This document shows positions 57,400 through 64,000 of a DNA stretch of 64,000 nucleotides, in pieces; position 1 is the first letter of the stretch, and each line of letters begins with the position of its first letter. The DNA lies in assembly GCF_009914755.1 (NCBI RefSeq), contig NC_060933.1; one strand, written 5' to 3'. The translations under genes and the position numbers were made by a program. The notes below the pieces were generated by a model, which was not told where the DNA came from, made no database searches, and saw only the letters and a program-made list of their open reading frames with translations. The stretch comes from the human T2T-CHM13v2.0 reference genome, Homo sapiens.

Positions 57400-60300
57400 C
57401 ATTTCGGATGATTCCATTCCATTGCATTCCATTCCATTCCATTCCCCTGTACTCAGGTTGATTCTATTCCATTCCATTCCAATCCATGCCATTCCACTCG
57501 TGTTGATTCCATTCTTTCCATTCCATTCAAGTTTAATCCATTCCATTGCATTCCATTCCATTCGATTCCATTCGATTGCACTCGGGTTGATTCCATTCCA
57601 TTGCATTCCATTCCATTCCATTCCATTCCATTCCATTCCGTTCCATTCCATTCCATTACATTCGGATTGATTCTATTCAATTCCCTTACACTCCATTACA
57701 TTCCATTCCATTCGGGTAGTTTCCATTCCATTCCATTCCATTCCTCTCCATTCCATTGCACTCGGGTTGATTCCATTCCATTGCATTCCATTCCATTCCA
57801 TTCAATTCCATTCCGTTCCATTCCATTCCATTACATTCGGATTGATTCTATTCAACTCCCTTACTCTCCATTACATTCCATTCCATTCGGGTTGTTCCAT
57901 TCCATTCCATTCCATTCCACTCCATTGCATTGCACTCGGGTTGATTCCATTCAATTCCATTCCATTCCATTCCATTCCATTCCATTCCGGAAGATTCCAT
58001 TCCATTGCATTCCATTCCATTCCATTCCCCTGCACTCGCGTTGATTCCATTCCATTCCATTCTATTCCATTCCATTCCCTTCCTTTCCGTTCCATTCCAT
58101 TCCATTCCATTCCATTCCATTCCATTCCATTCTATTCGGGTTAATTCCATTCCATTCCATTCGATTGCAATCGAGTTGATTCCATTCCATTCCATTCCAT
58201 TCCATTCCATTCCTTTCCTTTCCATTCCATTACGGATGATTCCATTCCATTGCATTCCATTCCACTCCATTCCCCTGTACTCGGGTTGATTCCATTCCAT
58301 TCCATTCCAATCCATGCCATTTCACTCGTGTTGATTCCATTCTTTCCATTCCATTCAAGTTGAATCCATTCCATTGCATTCCATTCCATTCGATTCCATT
58401 CGATTGCACTCGGGTTGATTCCATTCCATTGCATTCCATTCCATTCCATTCCATTCCATTCCATTCCATTCCGTTCCATTCCATTCCATTACATTCGGAT
58501 TGATTCTATTCAATTCCCTTACACTCCATTACATTCCATTCCATTCGGGTAGTTTCCATTCCATTCCATTCCATTCCTCTCCATTCCATTGCACTCGGGT
58601 TGATTCCATTCCATTGCATTCCATTCCATTCCATTCAATTCCATTCCGTTCCATTCCATTCCATTACATTCAGATTGATTCTATTCAACTCCCTTACTCT
58701 CCATTACATTCCATTCCATTCGGGTTGTTCCATTCCATTCCATTCCATTCCACTCCATTCCATTGCACTCGGGTTTATTCCATTCCATTCCATTCCATTC
58801 CATTCCATTCCATTCCGGAAGATTCCATTCCATTGCATTCCATTCCATTCCATTCCCCTGCACTCGCTTTGATTCCATTCCATACCGTTCCATTCCATTT
58901 TATTCCTTTCCGTTCCATTCCATTCCATTCCATTCCATTCCAATCCATTCCATTCCGTTCCGTTCCGTTCCATTCCATTCCATTCCATTCTATTCGGGTT
59001 AATTCCATTCCATTCCATTCGATTGCAATCGAGTTGATTCCATTCCATTCCATTCCATTCCATTCCATTCCATTCCTTTCCATTCCATTACGGATGATTC
59101 CATTCCATTGCATTCCATTCCATTCCATTCCCCTGTACTCGGTTTGATTCCATTCCATTCCATTCCAATCCATGCCATTCCACTCGTGTTGATTCCATTC
59201 TTTCCATTCCATTCAAGTTGAATCCATTCCATTGCATTCCATTCCATTCCATTCCCCTGCAGTCGGGTTGTTTCCATTCCATTCCATTCTATTCCATTCC
59301 ATTCCATTCCATTCCATTACATTACATTACATTACATTACATTCCGTTCCGTTGTACTCGGGTTGATTCCATTCCATTGCATTCCATTCCATTCCATTCC
59401 ATTCCATTCCATTCCATTCCGTTCCATTCCATTACATTCGGATTGATTCTATTTAACTCCCTTACTCTCCATTACATTCCATTCCATTCGGGTTGTTCCA
59501 TTCCATTCCATTCCATTCCACTCCATTCCATTGCGCTCGGGTTGATTCCATTCCATTCCATTCCATTCCATTCCATTCCATTCCATTACATTCCGGATGA
59601 TTCTATTCCATTGCATTCCGTTCCATTACATTCCCCTGCACTCGGGTTGATTCCATTCCATTCCATTCCATTCCATTCGATAGCATTCCATTCCAATTCT
59701 TTCCATTCCATTCTATTCCGTACCATTCCATTCCATTCCATACAATTCCATTCCATTCCATTCCACTCCGTTCCGTTCCGTTCCGTTCTGTTCCGTTCCA
59801 TTCCATTCCATTCCATTCTATTCGGTTTAATTCCATTCCATTCCATTCCATGCCATTCCATTCTATTCCATTCTATTGCAATCGAGTTGAATCCATTGCA
59901 TTCCATTCCATTCCATTCCATTGCATTCCATTCCATTCCATTCCGGAAGATTCCATTCCATTGCATTCCATTCCATTCCATTCCATTCCATTCCATTCCA
60001 TTCCATTCCATTCCATTCCATTCCATTGTACTCGGGTTGATTCCATTCCATTGCATTCCATTCCATTCCATTCCATTCCATTCCATTCTGTTCCATTCCA
60101 TTCGGATTGATTCTTTTCAACTCCCTTACTCTCCATTACATTCCATTCCATTCGGGTTGTTCCATACCATTCCATTCCATTCCACTCCATTCCATTGCAC
60201 TCGGGTTGATTCCATTCCATTCCATTCCATTCCATTCCGGATGATTCCATTCCATTACATTCCGTTCCATTACATTCCCCTGCACTCGCGTTGATTCCAT

Positions 60301-61401
60301 TCCATTCCATTCCATTCCTTTCCGTTCCATTCCATTCCATTCCATTCCATTCCATTCCGTTCCGTTCCATTCCATTCCGTTCCACTCTATTCGGGTTAAT
60401 TCCATTCCATTCCATTCGATTGAAATCGAGTTGATTCCATTCCATTCCATTCCATTCCATTCCATTCCATTCCATTCCAGTCCTTTCCATTCCTTTCCAT
60501 TCCATTACTGATGATTCCATTCCATTGCATTCCATTCCATTCCATTCCCCTGTACTCGGGTTGATTCCATTCCATTCCATTCCAATCCATGCCATTCCAC
60601 TCGTGTTGATTCCATTCTTTCCTTTCCATTCAAGTTGAATCCATTCCATTGCATTCCATTGCATTCGATTCCATTCGATTGCACTCGGGTTGATTCCATT
60701 CCATTACATTCCATTCCATTCCATTCCATGCCATTCCGTTCCATTCCATTTCATTACATTCAGATTGATTCTTTTCAATTCCCTTAAACTCCATTATATT
60801 CCAATCCATTCTGGTTGTTTCCATTCCATTCCATTTCACTCCATTCCATTGCACTCGGGTTGATTCCATTCCATTCCATTCCATTGCATTCCATTCCATT
60901 CCATTCCGGATGATTCCATTCCATTGCATTCCGTTCCATTACATTCCCCTGCACTCGCGTTGATTCCATTCCATTCCATTCCATTCCATTCAATTATTCA
61001 ATTACATTCCATTACAATTCGTTCCATTCCATTCTATTCCGTACCATTCCATTCCATTCCATACCATTCCATTCCATTCCATTCCATTCCATTCCATTCC
61101 ATTCCATTCCCCTGCACTCGGGTTGATTCCATTCCATTCCATTCCATTACATTCCGTTCCATTCCATTCCATTCCATTCGGATTGATTCTATTCAATTCC
61201 CTTACACTCCATTACATTCCATTCCATTCGGGTAGTTTCCATTCCATAACATTCCATTCCTCTCCATTCCATTGCACTCGGGTTGATTCCATTCCTTTCC
61301 ATTCTATTCCATTCCATTACATTACATTCCATTCCATTCCGTTCCATTGTACTCGGGTTGATTCCATTCCATTGCATTCCATTCCATTCCGTTCCATTCC
61401 A

Positions 61402-64000
61402 TTACATTCGGATTGATTCTTTTCAACTCCCTTACTCTCCATTACATTCCATTCCATTCGGGTTGTTCCATTCCATTCCTTTCCATTCCACTCCATTCCA
61501 TTGCACTCGGGTTGATTCCATTCCATTCCATTGCATTCCATTCCGGATGATTCCATTCCATTGCATTCTGTTCCATTACGTTCCCCTGCACTCGGGTTGA
61601 TTCCATTCCATTCCTTTCCATTCCATTCGATTCCATTCCATTCCCCTGCACTCGCCTTGATTCCATTCCATTCCATTCCGTTCCAATGCATTCCATTCCA
61701 TTCCTTTCCGTTCCATTCCATTCCATTCCGTTCCGTTCCATTCCATTCCATTCCATTCTATTCGGGTTAATTCCATTCCATTCCATTCGATTGCAATCGA
61801 GTTGATTCCATTCCATTCCATTCCATTCCATTCCAGTCCTTTCCATTCCTTTCCATTCCATTACTGATGATTCCATTCCATTGCATTCCATTCCATTCCA
61901 TTCCCCTGTATTCGGGTTGATTCCATTCCATTCCATTCCAGTCCATGCCATTCCACTCGTGTAGATTCCATTCTTTCCTTTCCATTCAAGTTGAATCCAT
62001 TCCATTGCATTCCATTCCATTTGATTCCATTCGATTGCACTCGGGTTGATTCCATTCCATTGCATTCCATTCCATTCCATTCCATTCCATTCCCTTCCAT
62101 TCCACTCTGGTTGATTCCATTCCTTTCCATTCCACTCGAATACATTCCCTCCTATTCCACTCGGAATGATTCCATTCCATTCCATTCCATTCCATTCCAT
62201 TCCATTCCATTCCATTCCATTCCATTCCATTTCGTTCCATTCCATTCTATTCCGTATCATTCCATTCCGTTCCATTCCATTCCATTCCATTCCATTCCAT
62301 TCCATTCCATTGTACTCGGGTTGATTCAATTCCTTTGCATTCCATTCCATTCCATTCCATTCCATTCCATTCCATTCCGTTGCATTCCATTCCATTACAT
62401 TTGGATTGATTCTATTCAACTTCCTTACTCTCCATTACATTCCTTTCCATTCGGGTTGTTCCATTCCATTCCATTCCATTCCATTCCATTCCATTCCATT
62501 CCATTCCTTTCCGTTCCATTCCATTCCATTCCCTTCCATTCCGTTCCGTTCCATTCCATTCTATTCCATTCTATTCGGGTTAATTCCATTCCATTCCATT
62601 CGATTGCAATCGAGTTTATTCCTTTCCATTCCATTCCATTCCATTCCATTCCAGTCCTTTTCATTCCTTTCCATTCCATTACTGATGATTCCATTCCATG
62701 GCATTCCATTCCATTCCATTCCCCTGTACTCGGGTTGATTCCATTCCATTCCATTCCAATCCATGCCATTCCACTCGTGTTGATTCCATTATTTCCATTC
62801 CATTCAAGTTGAATCCATTCCATTGCATTCCATTGCATTCGATTCCATTCGATTGCACTCGGGTTGATTCCATTCCAATGCATTCCATTCCATTCCATTC
62901 CATTCCATTCCATTCCATTCCATTCCGTTCCATTCCATTTCATTAGATTCAGATTGATGCTATTAAATTCCCTTACTCTCCATTATATTCCAATCCATTC
63001 TGGTAGTTTCCATTCCATTCCATTCCATTTCACTCCATTCCATTGCACTCGGGTTGATTCCATTCCATTCCATTCCATTGCATTCCATTCCATTCCATTC
63101 CGGATGATTCCATTCCATTGCATTCCATTCCATTCCATTCCCCTGCACTCGTGTTGATTCCATTCCATTCCATTCCATTCCATTCCATTCCATTCCATTC
63201 CATTCGGATTGATTCTATTCAATTCCCTTACACTCCATTACATTCCATTCCATTCCGGAAGTTTCCATTCCATTCCATTCCATTCCTCTCCATTCCATTG
63301 CACTCGGGTTGATTCCATTCCATTCCATTCCATTCCATTCCATTCCATTCCATTCCATTCCATTCCGTTCCATTGTACTCGGGTTGATTCCATTCCATTG
63401 CATTCCATTCCATTCCATTGCATTCCATTCCATTCCATTCCCCTGCACTCGAGTTGATTCCATTCCATTCCATTCCATTCCATTCCATTCAATTCCATTC
63501 CATTACAATTCGTTCCATTCCATTCTAATCCGTACCATTCCATTCCATTCCATTCCATTCCATACCATTCCATTCCATTCCATTCCATTCCATTCCGTTC
63601 AATTCCGTTCCATTCCATTCCTTTCCATTCTATTCGGATTAATTCCATTCCATTCCATTCCATTCCATTCTATTCCATTCCATTGCAATCGAGTTGAATC
63701 CATTGCATTTCATTCCATTCCATTCCATTCCATTCCATTCCAGAAGATTCCATTCCATTGCATTCCATTCCATTCCATTCCCCTGCACTCGCGTGGATTC
63801 CATTCCATTCCATTGCATTCCATTCCATTCCATTCCGTTCCGTTCCATTCCATTCCATTCCATTCAATTCCATTCCGTTCCGTTCCATTCCATTCCATTC
63901 CATTCTATTCGGTTTAATTCCATTCCATTCCATTCGACTGCAATCGAGTTGATTCCATTCCATTCCATTCCATTCCATTCCATTCCATTCCTTTCCATTC
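61402..64000 (+). repeat. Near-identical duplication, copy 2 (runs off window end)
   Basis: See 54791-57399. By eye it differs by about four substitutions plus whole-pentamer indels. Confidence 0.92.

Larger units (their letters stand above)
25631..63751. promoter_or_regulatory. Dispersed perfect 3-unit heat-shock elements (nGAAnnTTCnnGAAn / nTTCnnGAAnnTTCn), ~28 copies
   Basis: GGAATCTTCCGGAAT starts at 25631, 26494, 28644, 29813, 32617, 33439, 33674, 34668, 36690, 39151, 40034, 41221, 42344, 43227, 44674, 45128, 47468, 49174; variant GGAATGTTCCGGAAT at 46655. Reverse copies at 52433, 54645, 57984, 58812, 59940; reverse variants at 56641, 57136, 63252, 63737. The consensus match is seen in sequence; binding is inferred. 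Confidence 0.6.
1..64000. repeat. Human Satellite 3 (HSat3/SatIII) array, (CATTC)n with interspersed ACTCGGGTTG/ATTCGGGTTG-type spacers
   Basis: Continuous CATTC/GGAAT pentamers from end to end, interrupted every ~30-100 bp by CAACCCGAGT/CAACCCGAAT-type 10-mers, the classical Satellite 3 signature. The CATTCGATTC/GATGATT-dominated pattern of HSat2 is not the backbone here. No unique sequence seen. Confidence 0.97.
23951..64000. repeat. HSat3 sequence sub-family domain B (spans J2); resembles the chr9q12 pHuR98-type SatIII
   Basis: Motifs seen only here: GGATTCAACTTGAATGGAATGGAAAGAATGG, CATCCGTAATGG, GTAAGGGAGTTGAATAG, AAGGAATACATTGG, GGAATCTTCCGG and AATCAACCCGAGTGCAATCG (e.g. 26042, 47041). 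From memory the last matches a pHuR98-derived SatIII primer. Chromosome assignment is unverified. Confidence 0.75.
49887..64000 (+). repeat. HSat3 orientation block 3 (CATTC on + strand)
   Basis: The + strand resumes TGCACTCGGGTTGATTCCATTCC at 49887 and stays CATTC to the window end. Confidence 0.97.

Noticed and set aside
54-63978. Hundreds of ORFs up to 428 aa (e.g. 24006-25244, 34321-35607)
   Set aside because: (GGAAT)n and (CATTC)n contain no stop codon in any frame, so MEWNG/IPFHS repeats arise trivially in overlapping frames. There is no domain, splice structure or codon evidence.
1-64000. Repeat-spacer alternation resembling a CRISPR array or an encoded cassette system
   Set aside because: The 'spacers' are a small recurring vocabulary of mutated pentamers, repeat lengths vary, and there are no cas genes or leader.
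1-64000. HSat2, telomeric repeat or Y-chromosome DYZ1 identity
   Set aside because: The backbone is pure CATTC with CTCGGGTTG spacers. There is no TTAGGG array and no homogeneous 3.6-kb unit.
1-64000. TEAD (GGAATG) motif density and CpG-decay variants (CCTGAG, CCCAAG)
   Set aside because: Generic, already known properties of HSat3 and not specific to this window.

Overview
The whole 64 kb is non-coding satellite DNA: a (CATTC)n/(GGAAT)n pentamer array punctuated by A(C/T)TCGGGTTG-type spacers, i.e. human/hominoid Satellite 3 (HSat3/SatIII, pericentromeric heterochromatin). I see no genes, RNA genes, transposons or CRISPR arrays. The listed ORFs (MEWNG/IPFHS repeats) are translation artefacts of the pentamer. 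The array has internal structure. (1) Strand polarity switches twice, at 15159-15160 and 49887-49890, both with microhomology. (2) Two sequence sub-families meet at about 23.9-24.5 kb, away from either switch. (3) There are nested kb-scale duplications, including a near-identical 2.6 kb pair spaced 6.6 kb apart at the right end. (4) Only the right-hand sub-family carries about 28 perfect three-unit heat-shock elements (nGAAnnTTCnnGAAn) and a recurring 14-bp palindrome, which could explain sub-family-specific HSF1 recruitment. All counts and alignments were done by eye and need computational confirmation.
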